Shown: positions 25,410 to 34,856 of the stretch, piece after piece | Layout of the letters: every line of letters begins with the position of its first letter | Position numbering within the stretch: the stretch's first letter is position 1 | NCBI GenBank assembly: GCA_038323195.1 | Contig: JBBQGQ010000017.1 | Location: forward strand, 5 to 64,004 | Length of the DNA: 64,000 bases | Source: Acidimicrobiia bacterium | GTDB lineage: Bacteria > Actinomycetota > Acidimicrobiia > IMCC26256 > PALSA-610 | Direction: 5' to 3' | The notes under the pieces: generated by a model | The model's database searches: none | What the model saw: the letters and a program-made list of their open reading frames with translations, nothing else | What the model was told of the DNA's origin: nothing | Made by a program: the position numbers and the translations under genes

Positions 25410-27764
25410 ATGCCCGGATCGATTCTCGGAACCGCCGTTCGGCGCGTCGAGGACCCCGACCTGCTGCTCGGTCGCGCGCAGTTCGTCGACGACTTGCCGA
25501 TCGACGGTTTGCTGCACCTCCACTTCGTACGTTCGTCGTACGCGCACGCGCGGCTGGTGTCGATCGACGCCGACGCCGCCCGCGCGATGCCCGGCGTCGT
25601 CGCCGTCTTTGCGGCCGGTGATCTCGGATTGCCGCCGTACGAAGGCTTGATGCAGCTGAACGCGGCGTGCGTCCGCCCTCCACTCGCCGAGGCGAAGGTG
25701 CGGTTCGTGGGCGACGCGGTCGCCGTTGTCGTGGCCGAGACGCGCGCCGCGGCGGCAGACGCGGCCGAAGCGGTGATCGTCGAGTACGACGCGCTGCCCG
25801 CCGTCGCCGATCCCGAGGCGGCCCTCGCGCCGGACGCCCCCTTGCAATTCGAGGAGCTCGGTTCGAATCTCGCGGCCGCGATCGGGCCGCGCAATCGCGG
25901 CGACGTGCTCGAAGGTGCCGACGTGGTCGTGAGGGCGCGCATCGAGAACCAGCGCATCGCGGTCATGCCGATGGAAGGCAGCGCGATCGCGGTCGTCCCG
26001 GGACCGGACGGCGCCGGACACGAGCTCACCGTGTACGTCTCGACCCAGATGCCGCACGGGTTCGCCACGCGCGTCGCGCCGATGTTCGACCTCGATGCCG
26101 CGAAGGTACGCGTGGTGGCGCCGCACGTCGGCGGCGCGTTCGGCGGCAAGCCCGGGCTCGCCGCCGAACACTGCGTCGCGGTCGCCGCCGCGCTGCGATT
26201 GCAGCGGCCGGTGAAGTGGGTCGAGACCCGCTCCGAAAATTTGATCTCGATGCCGCACGGTCGTGGGCAGGTGCAGTACGTGCAGCTCGGCTGCAAGCGC
26301 GACGGCACGATCGTGGGTATGCGATGCCAGATCGTCGCCGACTCGGGGGCGTACGCCGGCTTCGGCGGTGCGCTCGCGATGGGGCCGACCCGGATGATGG
26401 CCCAGGGCGTGTATCGCATCCCCAAGATCTCGTACGAGTGCGCCGTCGCGCTGACCAACACCACACCGATGGGTGCCTTCCGCGGCGCGGGCCGGCCCGA
26501 GGCCGCCGCCATGCTCGAACGGATCATCGACATCGCCGCGGCCGAGCTCGGCATCGATCCGGCGGAGATTCGTCGCCGCAACTTCCTTCGGCCCGACGAG
26601 TTCCCCTACACCACGGTCATGCGCACCGAGTACGACAGCGGCGACTACGACGGCGCGCTCACCGAGGCGCTGCGCGTCGCGGGCTACGACGAGTTGCGGC
26701 GCGAGCAGGCCGAGAGACGAGCCCGCGGCGACCGGGTCGTGCTCGGGATCGGAGTGAGCGCGTACGTCGAGATCACGGCGGGCGGAGGAGGATCGGAGTA
26801 CGGATCGGTGACGGTCGACGCGGAGGGAATTGCGACGATCCGCGTCGGCACGTCCGCGCACGGCCAGGGTCACGCGACCTCGTTCGCGATGATCGTCGCC
26901 GATCGGTTGCAGATCCCGCTCGAGAGCGTGCGCTTCGTGCAGTCGGACACCGCCGAGGTTCCGACCGGCGGCGGCACCGGCGGATCGCGTTCGCTGCAGC
27001 TCGGCGGTTCGGCGGTGCTGAACGCGGCCGACGCGGTGGTCGCGCAAGCCCGAGAGGTCGCGGCGACGATGCTCGAGGCCAATCCCGACGACATCGTCGT
27101 GATGGACGGCGGCGTCGGCGTGGCCGGAGTGCCCGCGAGCGCGCTCACATGGTCGCAGCTCGCCCAGCGCGAACCGATCCACGCCGTCTCCGACTTCGAG
27201 CAGGCGGGCGCGACGTTCCCGTTCGGTGCCCACGTCGCGGTCGTCGAGGTCGATCTCGACACTGGTTTGGTCACGCCGGTCCGCCATGTCGCGGTCGACG
27301 ACTGCGGGCGCATCCTCAACCCGCTGATCGTCACCGGTCAGCAGCACGGCGGCATCGCGCAAGGGATCGCGCAGGCGTTGTGGGAGCAGTACGTGTACGA
27401 CGACGACGGCAACCCCCTCACCTCGACGCTCACCGACTACGCGATGCCGAGCGCCGCCGAGCTGCCCTCGTTCGAGGCCTCGAACACCGAGACGCCCTCG
27501 CCCCGTAACGCGCTCGGCGCCAAGGGGATCGGCGAGTCGGGGACGATCGGATCGACACCGGCGGTGCAGAGCGCGGTGGTCGACGCGCTGGGCCATCTCG
27601 GGGTCCGCCATATCGACATCCCGTGCACGGCGGAGCGCGTCTGGGCTGCAGTGCGCGATGCGGAAGCGGGGCGACTCGCATCGCCCTGGCGCGATCCGCC
27701 GGCCGTCTTCGACTCGCTCACGGCTCCCAAGACCCGTGCCGATGCCGAAGCCGTCGACATCTGA
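25410..27764 (+). CDS. Xanthine dehydrogenase/CoxL-family molybdopterin-binding large subunit (not form-I CO dehydrogenase)
   Basis: 784 aa. N-terminus ILGTAVRRVEDPDLLLGRAQFVDD, active-site loop PMGAFRGAGRPEA, and C-terminal GAKGIGESGTIGSTPAV. Confidence 0.88.
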   Translation: MPGSILGTAVRRVEDPDLLLGRAQFVDDLPIDGLLHLHFVRSSYAHARLVSIDADAARAMPGVVAVFAAGDLGLPPYEGLMQLNAACVRPPLAEAKVRFVGDAVAVVVAETRAAAADAAEAVIVEYDALPAVADPEAALAPDAPLQFEELGSNLAAAIGPRNRGDVLEGADVVVRARIENQRIAVMPMEGSAIAVVPGPDGAGHELTVYVSTQMPHGFATRVAPMFDLDAAKVRVVAPHVGGAFGGKPGLAAEHCVAVAAALRLQRPVKWVETRSENLISMPHGRGQVQYVQLGCKRDGTIVGMRCQIVADSGAYAGFGGALAMGPTRMMAQGVYRIPKISYECAVALTNTTPMGAFRGAGRPEAAAMLERIIDIAAAELGIDPAEIRRRNFLRPDEFPYTTVMRTEYDSGDYDGALTEALRVAGYDELRREQAERRARGDRVVLGIGVSAYVEITAGGGGSEYGSVTVDAEGIATIRVGTSAHGQGHATSFAMIVADRLQIPLESVRFVQSDTAEVPTGGGTGGSRSLQLGGSAVLNAADAVVAQAREVAATMLEANPDDIVVMDGGVGVAGVPASALTWSQLAQREPIHAVSDFEQAGATFPFGAHVAVVEVDLDTGLVTPVRHVAVDDCGRILNPLIVTGQQHGGIAQGIAQALWEQYVYDDDGNPLTSTLTDYAMPSAAELPSFEASNTETPSPRNALGAKGIGESGTIGSTPAVQSAVVDALGHLGVRHIDIPCTAERVWAAVRDAEAGRLASPWRDPPAVFDSLTAPKTRADAEAVDI

Positions 27765-27779
27765 CTACGAAATTCGTAG
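27765..27779. promoter_or_regulatory. Perfect AT-rich palindrome CTACGAA-a-TTCGTAG (candidate operator)
   Basis: Direct reading. It is followed by duplicated GTAGGCG and CGAAATT words and lies about 100 nt upstream of the ABC importer operon start at 27882. Confidence 0.35.
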
Positions 27780-27881
27780 GCGTCACCCGTAGGCGAAATT
27801 TGCGAGCGCCCCGGCGGACATCGCGAGTTCGACCGGTCGTTCTCGCTAGGGTTTGGCGGCCACGCGACAACGGGAGGCAGG

Positions 27882-28985
27882 TTGCCCGAGCCAGCGCTCG
27901 TCGACTCGGCGTCCCCCGACGCGAACTCGAGGCCCTCCGGTCCGGCGGTGTCGTTACGGGGAGTGATCAAGCGCTTCGGAGATGTCACCGCGGTCGCGGG
28001 CGTCGACCTCGACATCGCCGAAGGCGAGTTCTTCTCGATGCTCGGCCCTTCGGGCTCGGGCAAGACGACGATGTTGCGGATGATCGCGGGCTTCGAGCTA
28101 CCGAGCGACGGCACAGTCCTGCTGAAGGGCCGCGACGTCACCCGGCTCCCACCGTTCGACCGCGACGTCAACACGGTGTTTCAGGATTACGCGCTCTTCC
28201 CGCACATGAGCGTTGCGCAGAACATCGCCTACGGTCTGCGCGTTCGGCGGGTTGCGAAGGCCGAGCGCACCCGGCGGGTCGACGCCGCGCTCGCGACGGT
28301 ACGGCTCGACGAGTTCGGATCGCGCCGCCCGCACCAGCTCTCCGGTGGCCAGCGTCAGCGAGTCGCGCTGGCCCGTGCGCTCGTGAACCGCCCGGCCGTG
28401 CTGTTGCTCGACGAACCCCTCGGTGCACTCGATCTCAAGTTGCGCGAGGAGATGCAGGTCGAGCTGAAGGCCATTCAGCAGCAGGTCGGCATCACCTTCA
28501 TCTTCGTCACCCACGATCAGCAGGAAGCGCTCACCATGAGCGATCGGATCGCGGTGTTCTCGGAGGGTCGCATCGAGCAGGTCGGAACACCGATCGAGAT
28601 CTACGAGCGTCCGGTCACGCAGTTCGTCGCGGGATTCGTCGGGACCTCGAACGTGCTGCAGCCCGACGCGGCCCGCGCCCTCGTCGGCCGCGACGAAACC
28701 TGCACGATTCGGCCGGAGCACATCCGCATCCTCGCGCCGGGCACCGATCCCGGCGCCGACCACATGCAAACATCCGCAACCGTGCGCGACGTCCAGTACC
28801 TCGGCGCGTTCGTACGTGTCCGCGCCGACACCGACACCGGTGCGCGGCTCGTGGTCGACGCGCCGACCGCGACCGGCATCGACGCCGACGTCGCGCCCGG
28901 CAGACGGTGCACGCTTGCGTGGCGCGCGGAGCACGTGCGCGCCGTGGGAGACGTCAGTTCGACGAACACAAGGGGAGAAGCATGA
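27882..28985 (+). CDS. ABC transporter ATP-binding protein, PotA/spermidine-putrescine type
   Basis: Walker A GPSGSGKTT, signature LSGGQRQRVALARAL, Walker B LLLDEPL, and a C-terminal TOBE-like region. TTG start after GGGAGG. Confidence 0.88.
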   Translation: MPEPALVDSASPDANSRPSGPAVSLRGVIKRFGDVTAVAGVDLDIAEGEFFSMLGPSGSGKTTMLRMIAGFELPSDGTVLLKGRDVTRLPPFDRDVNTVFQDYALFPHMSVAQNIAYGLRVRRVAKAERTRRVDAALATVRLDEFGSRRPHQLSGGQRQRVALARALVNRPAVLLLDEPLGALDLKLREEMQVELKAIQQQVGITFIFVTHDQQEALTMSDRIAVFSEGRIEQVGTPIEIYERPVTQFVAGFVGTSNVLQPDAARALVGRDETCTIRPEHIRILAPGTDPGADHMQTSATVRDVQYLGAFVRVRADTDTGARLVVDAPTATGIDADVAPGRRCTLAWRAEHVRAVGDVSSTNTRGEA

Positions 28986-30178
28986 GACACGCGAACCGGC
29001 TCGCCGTCATGGCAGTCGCGCTCGTGCTCGTCGCGGCCGCGTGCGGCAGCAGCAGCAAGAGCTCCACGACCTCCGGTGGCTCCACCAGCCTGCCGGCGGG
29101 TCAACAGGCCATCGGCGCCGCCGAGGGCGCCGTTTCGATCCTCGCGTGGCCCGGCTACGCCGAGAACGGCTCCAACGATCCGAAGGTCAACTGGGTGAAG
29201 CCGTTCGAGGCGGCGACCGGTTGCAAGGCGACGGTGAAGTACTTCGGTACGTCCGACGAGGCGTTCAACCTCTTCAAGACGGGCCAGTACGACGTGGTGT
29301 CGAGCTCGGGCGACGCGACGTTGCGCATGGTCGCAGACCAGGACGCCGCGGTGATCAACACGTCGTTGTTGACGAACTGGAACGATCTCGACCCGCTCCT
29401 CAAGATCAAGCCGTGGAACTCGGTGAACGGAGTCGTGTACGGCGTGCCGCACGGCTGGGGCGCCAACCTGTTGATGTACAACAAGAACGTTGTGACGCCG
29501 GCTCCCGATTCGTGGGGCGCGGTGTTCGATTCCAGCTCGCCTTACAAGGGCAAGATCACCGGGTACGACTCGCCCATCTACATCGCCGACGGCGCGCTCT
29601 ACCTCATGAAGACCAAGCCCGAGCTCGGGATCAAAGATCCGTACGCGCTCGACGACACGCAGTTCCAAGCCGTCGTCGATCTGATGAAGGTGCAGCGACC
29701 GCTCATCGGTGAGTACTGGAGCGATTACCTGAAGGAACAGGACGCCTTCATCAAGGCCAGCCTCGTGCTGGGAACGACGTGGCAGATCACGACGAACGGG
29801 GTTCAGGCCGACAAGACCGCTCCGCCGGTCGCTGCGATCATTCCCAAGGAAGGATCGACCGCGTGGTCCGACAGCTGGATGATCGATGCGAAGGCCAAGC
29901 ACCCGAACTGTGCCTACATGTGGATCAACTGGATCACGAAGCCCGACATACAGGCGCAGGTGGCCGAGTACTTCGGTGAGGCGCCCGCCAACCTGAAGGC
30001 GTGCGCGCTGACCGTGGACAAGAGCCACTGCAGCACGTACCACGCGGGCGATGCCTCGTTCTACGGCCAGCTCTATTACTGGAAGACGCCGACGGCGAAG
30101 TGTCTCGACGGGCGCACCGGCGTGACGTGCAAGGACTACGCGGCCTGGACGGCAGCCTGGGACGTGATCAAGGGCTGA
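28982..30178 (+). CDS. PotD/PotF-type extracellular solute-binding lipoprotein
   Basis: ATGA overlap at 28982. Lipobox LVAAAC. WPGYAENG...VKYFGTSDEAF fits polyamine-type SBPs. Confidence 0.8.
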   Translation: MRHANRLAVMAVALVLVAAACGSSSKSSTTSGGSTSLPAGQQAIGAAEGAVSILAWPGYAENGSNDPKVNWVKPFEAATGCKATVKYFGTSDEAFNLFKTGQYDVVSSSGDATLRMVADQDAAVINTSLLTNWNDLDPLLKIKPWNSVNGVVYGVPHGWGANLLMYNKNVVTPAPDSWGAVFDSSSPYKGKITGYDSPIYIADGALYLMKTKPELGIKDPYALDDTQFQAVVDLMKVQRPLIGEYWSDYLKEQDAFIKASLVLGTTWQITTNGVQADKTAPPVAAIIPKEGSTAWSDSWMIDAKAKHPNCAYMWINWITKPDIQAQVAEYFGEAPANLKACALTVDKSHCSTYHAGDASFYGQLYYWKTPTAKCLDGRTGVTCKDYAAWTAAWDVIKG

Positions 30179-30248
30179 GCCGCACAACGGTGAAACAGGT
30201 CGGGGCGGGCTCTTGTGTTCTTCGAGAGCCCGCTCCGAAGATCCGGCG

Positions 30249-31151
30249 ATGGCAACCACGACGATCGACCCGGTGAACGAGCGCGGCGGGCTTCGTCGCC
30301 GGATCTCCCGCGTGCTCTACCAACGGCCGCGGCTGCGGCTCGCGCTCTTGCTCGGCGGTCCGCTGACGTGGCTCGTCGTCGCCTACCTCGGTTCGCTCGT
30401 CGCGCTGCTCGTCACCTCGCTGTACCACTACCAAGACGATCCGACCGGCCTTGTGCAGCGGCTCGTCACGTCGCCGAGCACGACCAACTACCAACGGGTG
30501 CTGGACACGGACGTATACCGAACGGTGGCGTTCCGCACGATCGGTGCCGCGCTCAGCGTCACCGTGATCGACCTGTTGATCGCCGTTCCGGTTGCTTTCT
30601 ACATGGCGAAGCTCGCCGGGCCGTGGGTACGACGGGCTCTCGTCGTCGCGGTGACCATGCCCCTGTGGGCGGGCTATCTCGTCAAGGGCTACGCCTGGCG
30701 GGCGATGCTCGACCCCGCGGGAGGGGTGCTGCACGAGGTGTTCGGACACTCACCCGGCTTCGGGGTATCGGGAACCGTGGTCACGCTTTCGTACCTGTGG
30801 CTTCCGTACATGATCATCCCGATCTACGCCGGCCTCGAGCGACTCCCGAACTCGTTGCTCGAGGCGTCGACCGATCTCGGCGCGAAGGCGGGACGGACCT
30901 TCGTCCGGGTCGTTCTGCCCCAGATCCGGCCGTCGATCGTCGCGGGGTCGATCTTCACCTTTGCCTTGACGCTCGGCGATTTCTACATGGCTCAGATCGT
31001 CGGAGGCACGACCCAGTTCATCGGCAACGTCGTGTACCGGGAATTCAGTGCCAACCTGCCCTTCGCGGCGGCGTACGCGACATTGCCGATCGTGATCATG
31101 ATCGTCTACCTCTCGGCCGCCCGTTCCTCCGGCGCGCTCGAGGAGCTCTAG
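30249..31151 (+). CDS. ABC transporter permease (PotB-like)
   Basis: Six TM segments and the EAA-type loop LLEASTDLGAKAGRTFVRVVLP. The start is ATG 30249 or GTG 30213. Confidence 0.85.
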   Translation: MATTTIDPVNERGGLRRRISRVLYQRPRLRLALLLGGPLTWLVVAYLGSLVALLVTSLYHYQDDPTGLVQRLVTSPSTTNYQRVLDTDVYRTVAFRTIGAALSVTVIDLLIAVPVAFYMAKLAGPWVRRALVVAVTMPLWAGYLVKGYAWRAMLDPAGGVLHEVFGHSPGFGVSGTVVTLSYLWLPYMIIPIYAGLERLPNSLLEASTDLGAKAGRTFVRVVLPQIRPSIVAGSIFTFALTLGDFYMAQIVGGTTQFIGNVVYREFSANLPFAAAYATLPIVIMIVYLSAARSSGALEEL

Positions 31152-31154
31152 CTC

Positions 31155-31958
31155 GTGTACGTATCGCGCGCCGCCCGTTACCTGCTCGCCACGTTCACGG
31201 CGCTCGTGCTGTTGGTGCTCTACTTCCCGATCCTCTATATCGCGCGTTTGTCGATCAACAAGGCGCGGTCGTACGCGTGGCCACCACAAGGCTTCACACT
31301 CGAGTGGTGGCGGGCCGCTTCTCATGCGTCGGGTCCGCGCGACGCGCTGTTCCGGTCGCTCGAGACCGCGCTGCTCGCGTCGGCGATCGCGTTGCTGCTC
31401 GGCACGCTCGCATCGTTCGCGTTGACGCGCCACCGCTTCTTCGGACGTAACGCGGTGAGCTTCATTGCGGTGCTGCCGATCGCCTTGCCCGGAATCGTGA
31501 CCGGCATTGCCCTCAACTCGGGCTACCACCGCGTCGGGATCAACCTCTCCTTGTTCACGCTCGTCGTCGCGCATGCCACCTTCTGCATCGTGATCGTCTA
31601 CAACAACGTGGCGGCCCGGTTGCGGCGGCTCTCGCCGAGCCTCGAGGAGGCGTCCGCCGATCTCGGTGCCGACGTATTCCAGACCTTCGGCTACATCACG
31701 TTCCCCTTGATGCGGTCGGCGCTGCTCGCGGGCGCGCTCCTGGCATTCGCCCTTTCCTTCGACGAGATCGTGGTGACCACGTTCACGGCAGGGGCCGGTT
31801 TCGAGACGCTGCCGCTGTGGATCTTCAACAACATGTTCCGGCCGAACAACCTCCCGCTCGTGAACGTCGTCGCGACCGTGGTCGTGGTGTTGTCGATCAT
31901 CCCCGTTTACCTCGCGCAACGCCTCAGCGACGGCGCAGTGGGTGTGAGCGGGCGATGA
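31155..31958 (+). CDS. ABC transporter permease (PotC-like)
   Basis: EAA loop LEEASADLGADVFQTFGYITFP. GTG start 3 nt after the upstream stop. Confidence 0.85.
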   Translation: MYVSRAARYLLATFTALVLLVLYFPILYIARLSINKARSYAWPPQGFTLEWWRAASHASGPRDALFRSLETALLASAIALLLGTLASFALTRHRFFGRNAVSFIAVLPIALPGIVTGIALNSGYHRVGINLSLFTLVVAHATFCIVIVYNNVAARLRRLSPSLEEASADLGADVFQTFGYITFPLMRSALLAGALLAFALSFDEIVVTTFTAGAGFETLPLWIFNNMFRPNNLPLVNVVATVVVVLSIIPVYLAQRLSDGAVGVSGR

Positions 31959-33355
31959 TCGTCCCCTCGCTGCTTCGGGCCCGCTCGAGCGACGAGTACG
32001 CGCCGTTGCCCTGGTCGGCGGCCGATCGAGAGGCGATCGCGCGCTACGACGCCGTCGCGTCCGCGGCGGCCCGCGTCCTCGCGCAGCCGACTCGGGAGTA
32101 CGCGGTCGATCGGCGGGGAACGGCCGCGGCCCTGCGCGCCATCGACGCCGCGCACGGAGGCGGGTTCTACGACGTGCCCGAGCGCGCGGCGTACGACCTC
32201 GATGACGCCGAATCCGCGTTCGCCGGCGGCGGCGCGGTCGTCGACGTCCAAACCCATCTCGTCGACCCGGCGCGCTGGAGCGGCTCGGGGGCCGAAGCCT
32301 TGGCGGGATTCCTGCGCATGGCCGATCCCGATCGCTGGTCCGGCGAGATCGACCCGCGCGCGATCGACGGAGCCGCGTGGGCCGCGCTCGTGTTCGGCGC
32401 ATCCGAGACGGCCGTCGCGTTGCTGACGTCGACGCCGGGCCGGTCCGACGTCAACGTGCTCACCAACCGGCAGATCGCGGCCGCGCGCGACGTTGTCGAC
32501 CGTTACGCCGGGACCGGGCGGGTGCTCACCCACACGATCGTGCACCCCAACCTGGGTTCGGGTGAGCTCGACGCAATGGTCGACTGGCATGCGACACTTC
32601 GGCCGTCGGGATGGAAGTGCTACACGCTGTGGGGCCCGGCGACGAAGGCCTCGCCGACCGGCGGTTGGTTCCTCGACGACGACGAGGTGGGCTTCCCTTT
32701 CCTCGAGCGGGTGCGCGCGCTCGGCCCCCGCATCGTCGCGACGCACAAGGGTCTCGGAGGTCCGGTTCCCGATGCTTCGGTCGCGGCGGCGTCGCCGCGC
32801 GACATCGGCCCCGCGGCGGCCGCCTTCCCCGACGTGACGTTCGTCGTGTACCACTCCGGATACGAGCGGAACCCGGACGGGCAGGAGGGTCCGTACGATC
32901 CCGGGACCGCGCAACCGGCGACCGGCGTCGACCGCCTCGTGCGCAGCGTGGCCGACGCGGGGATCGGCGCGGACGGCAACGTATACGCGGAGCTCGGCAC
33001 CACGTGGTTCCTGATGCTGCGCCGGCCGCGCGAGGCCGCGCACGTCCTCGGGAAGCTGCTGGTCGCACTCGGCCCGGAGCGGATCGTGTGGGGGACCGAT
33101 TCCGCCTGGTACGGCTCGCCGCAGGCGCTGATCGACGCGTTCCGGTCGTTCGTCATCCCCGACGACATGCAGGAGCGGTTCGGGTATCCGGCGCTCACGG
33201 CGGAGGTGAAGCAGCGCATTCTGGGTACCAACGCGCAGGAGTTGTACGGGTTCACAGCCCCGACGCGACTCGACAATGCCTGGGCGGCGAACGCGGGCGC
33301 GGAGCTGCAGCGCGCGATCGCCGGGGCCGAGCTTGCACCGGAACGCCCGGGCTGA
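31955..33355 (+). CDS. Amidohydrolase-2 (PF04909-like) family metal-dependent hydrolase
   Basis: ATGA overlap at 31955. VVDVQTHLVD, IVATHKGL, VVYHSGYE and IVWGTDSAWYG are consistent with the TIM-barrel amidohydrolase pattern. Confidence 0.7.
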   Translation: MIVPSLLRARSSDEYAPLPWSAADREAIARYDAVASAAARVLAQPTREYAVDRRGTAAALRAIDAAHGGGFYDVPERAAYDLDDAESAFAGGGAVVDVQTHLVDPARWSGSGAEALAGFLRMADPDRWSGEIDPRAIDGAAWAALVFGASETAVALLTSTPGRSDVNVLTNRQIAAARDVVDRYAGTGRVLTHTIVHPNLGSGELDAMVDWHATLRPSGWKCYTLWGPATKASPTGGWFLDDDEVGFPFLERVRALGPRIVATHKGLGGPVPDASVAAASPRDIGPAAAAFPDVTFVVYHSGYERNPDGQEGPYDPGTAQPATGVDRLVRSVADAGIGADGNVYAELGTTWFLMLRRPREAAHVLGKLLVALGPERIVWGTDSAWYGSPQALIDAFRSFVIPDDMQERFGYPALTAEVKQRILGTNAQELYGFTAPTRLDNAWAANAGAELQRAIAGAELAPERPG

Positions 33356-33368
33356 CAACGATTCCCGC

Positions 33369-33641
33369 ATCCCGACGATCACCGCGAACGGCATACAGCT
33401 CTACTCCGAACGCGACGGAAGCGGACCTCGTCTGTTGTTCCTGAACGGGTCCGGCTCGACGCTCGCGACGTCGGCGTTACTGATCGCACCGGTCGCCAAC
33501 AGCGAGGCGATCGCGACGCTCGTCCCGGACGCCGAGCTTCGTCTGTACGAGGGTGGGCACGCGTTCTTCGCGCAGGACTCACGCGCCCTTCCGGACATCT
33601 TCGCGTTTCTCGCCGACGACCTCGAGCGCGCGCCGTCATGA
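33369..33641 (+). pseudogene. Alpha/beta-hydrolase relic lacking the catalytic core
   Basis: An N-terminal piece (IPTITANGIQLYSERDGSGPRLLFLNGSGS) is joined directly to a C-terminal piece (LVPDAELRLYEGGHAFFAQDSRALPDIFAFL). There is no GxSxG segment and no canonical start after the upstream stop at 33355. Confidence 0.55.
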
Positions 33642-34411
33642 GCGGCACGGCTCGGCTGGAGCACTTCGCGTCGTTCGACGGGCAGTCGATCGCCTACACG
33701 GTCTTCGGACGAGGTCCCGACGTGCTCCTGTTGCACGGGTTCGCCTCGGATCACGTCGGCAACTGGGTACGTCCCGGCATCGTCGACGCGCTGGTCGCGA
33801 CCGGACGTCGCGTCATCGCGTACGACGCGCGCGGGCACGGCGCATCCGACAAGCCTCACGATGTCGACGCGTACGAGCACGACGCGATGGTGCGGGACGC
33901 GCAGGCGTTGCTCGACCTGCTCGCGGTGAGCGCGGTCGACGTGGTCGGGTACTCGATGGGTTCGATCGTGTCGTCGCGGCTCGTCGTACACGAGCCGCGC
34001 GCGCGATCGCTTGTCCTGGGCGGGGTCGGCGGGCGCCTGGCGCGCGGCCGCAGCCCCGAAGCCCGAGCCCGAACCGCAGCCGTGCTCGAGGCCCGCGGCG
34101 CGGCACGCGGGCAACGACCGGTCGATCGCGCGTTCCGGCGCTTCGCGCAGCAGAACGCGAACGACCTCGCGGCGCTCGGCGCGGTACAGCGTGCCGCCTC
34201 CGCCGGTATACCCGGCGACGTCCGGTCGATCCGCGTGCCGACGCTGGTCGTCGCGGGCGCCGACGACCGCCTGGCGGGGTCGCCGCACGAGCTCGCGGCC
34301 ATGATCCCGGGCGCGCAAGCCGTTGTCGTCCCCGGCAATCACCTCTCGGCCGTCGGCAAGCCGCTGGCCGCGGCGATCACCGAGTTCCTCGCGCGCGTCT
34401 CGCCGACGTAG
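33638..34411 (+). CDS. Alpha/beta hydrolase
   Basis: VLLLHGFASD, nucleophile elbow VGYSMGS, and C-terminal VVVPGNHLS. Confidence 0.85.
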   Translation: MSGTARLEHFASFDGQSIAYTVFGRGPDVLLLHGFASDHVGNWVRPGIVDALVATGRRVIAYDARGHGASDKPHDVDAYEHDAMVRDAQALLDLLAVSAVDVVGYSMGSIVSSRLVVHEPRARSLVLGGVGGRLARGRSPEARARTAAVLEARGAARGQRPVDRAFRRFAQQNANDLAALGAVQRAASAGIPGDVRSIRVPTLVVAGADDRLAGSPHELAAMIPGAQAVVVPGNHLSAVGKPLAAAITEFLARVSPT

Positions 34412-34416
34412 CGGGT

Positions 34417-34794
34417 TCAGCCGGGGAGCGGGGTCACCTGGGCGACGAGCTTCGCCGGGGCGACGCACGTGTACGCATCGATCAGGATCTGCTCGATCTC
34501 CTTCCAATCCACCTTGCGGTCGATCCGAACGCCGATCCAACCGCGGTGACCGACGTAGGCCGGAACGTAGAACCGGTCGGGCTCCTCGTCGACCAACTGC
34601 TGCTGCACGCCGGGGGGAGCGGCGCAGATCAGGCCGAGCCGATGGTCGTTGTGATGGTTGTCCCACGCCGTGGCGAACGTCTTCTTGTCCCGGATGAACC
34701 ACGTCGGCGCACCATGGCTCAGACGCTCGTTGACCTCCGGCAATCCGAGGCACAGCTCGCGCACGCCCTCGATCGGATCGCGTCTTCGTGCCAT
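34417..34794 (-). CDS. MmcQ/YjbR family protein
   Basis: MARRRDPIEGVRELCLGLPEVNERLSHGAPTWFIRDKKTFA. The start was moved to ATG 34794. Confidence 0.7.
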   Translation of the reverse strand: MARRRDPIEGVRELCLGLPEVNERLSHGAPTWFIRDKKTFATAWDNHHNDHRLGLICAAPPGVQQQLVDEEPDRFYVPAYVGHRGWIGVRIDRKVDWKEIEQILIDAYTCVAPAKLVAQVTPLPG

Positions 34795-34841
34795 CCGGCC
34801 ATTCTGGCGCCCGAGCATGCGGGAATGCGAAGGCGAGGGCC

Positions 34842-34847
34842 TAGGTT
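34842..34847 (+). promoter_or_regulatory. -10-like TAGGTT box 9 nt upstream of ATG 34857
   Basis: Reads TAGGTT-ggccgtcgc-ATG with no SD. Confidence 0.25.
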
Positions 34848-34856
34848 GGCCGTCGC

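Noticed and set aside
25410-27764. Annotation as a genuine aerobic CO dehydrogenase large subunit
   Set aside because: The active-site loop reads AFRGAGR rather than the form-I AYxCSFR signature. No coxM, coxS or accessory genes are adjacent.
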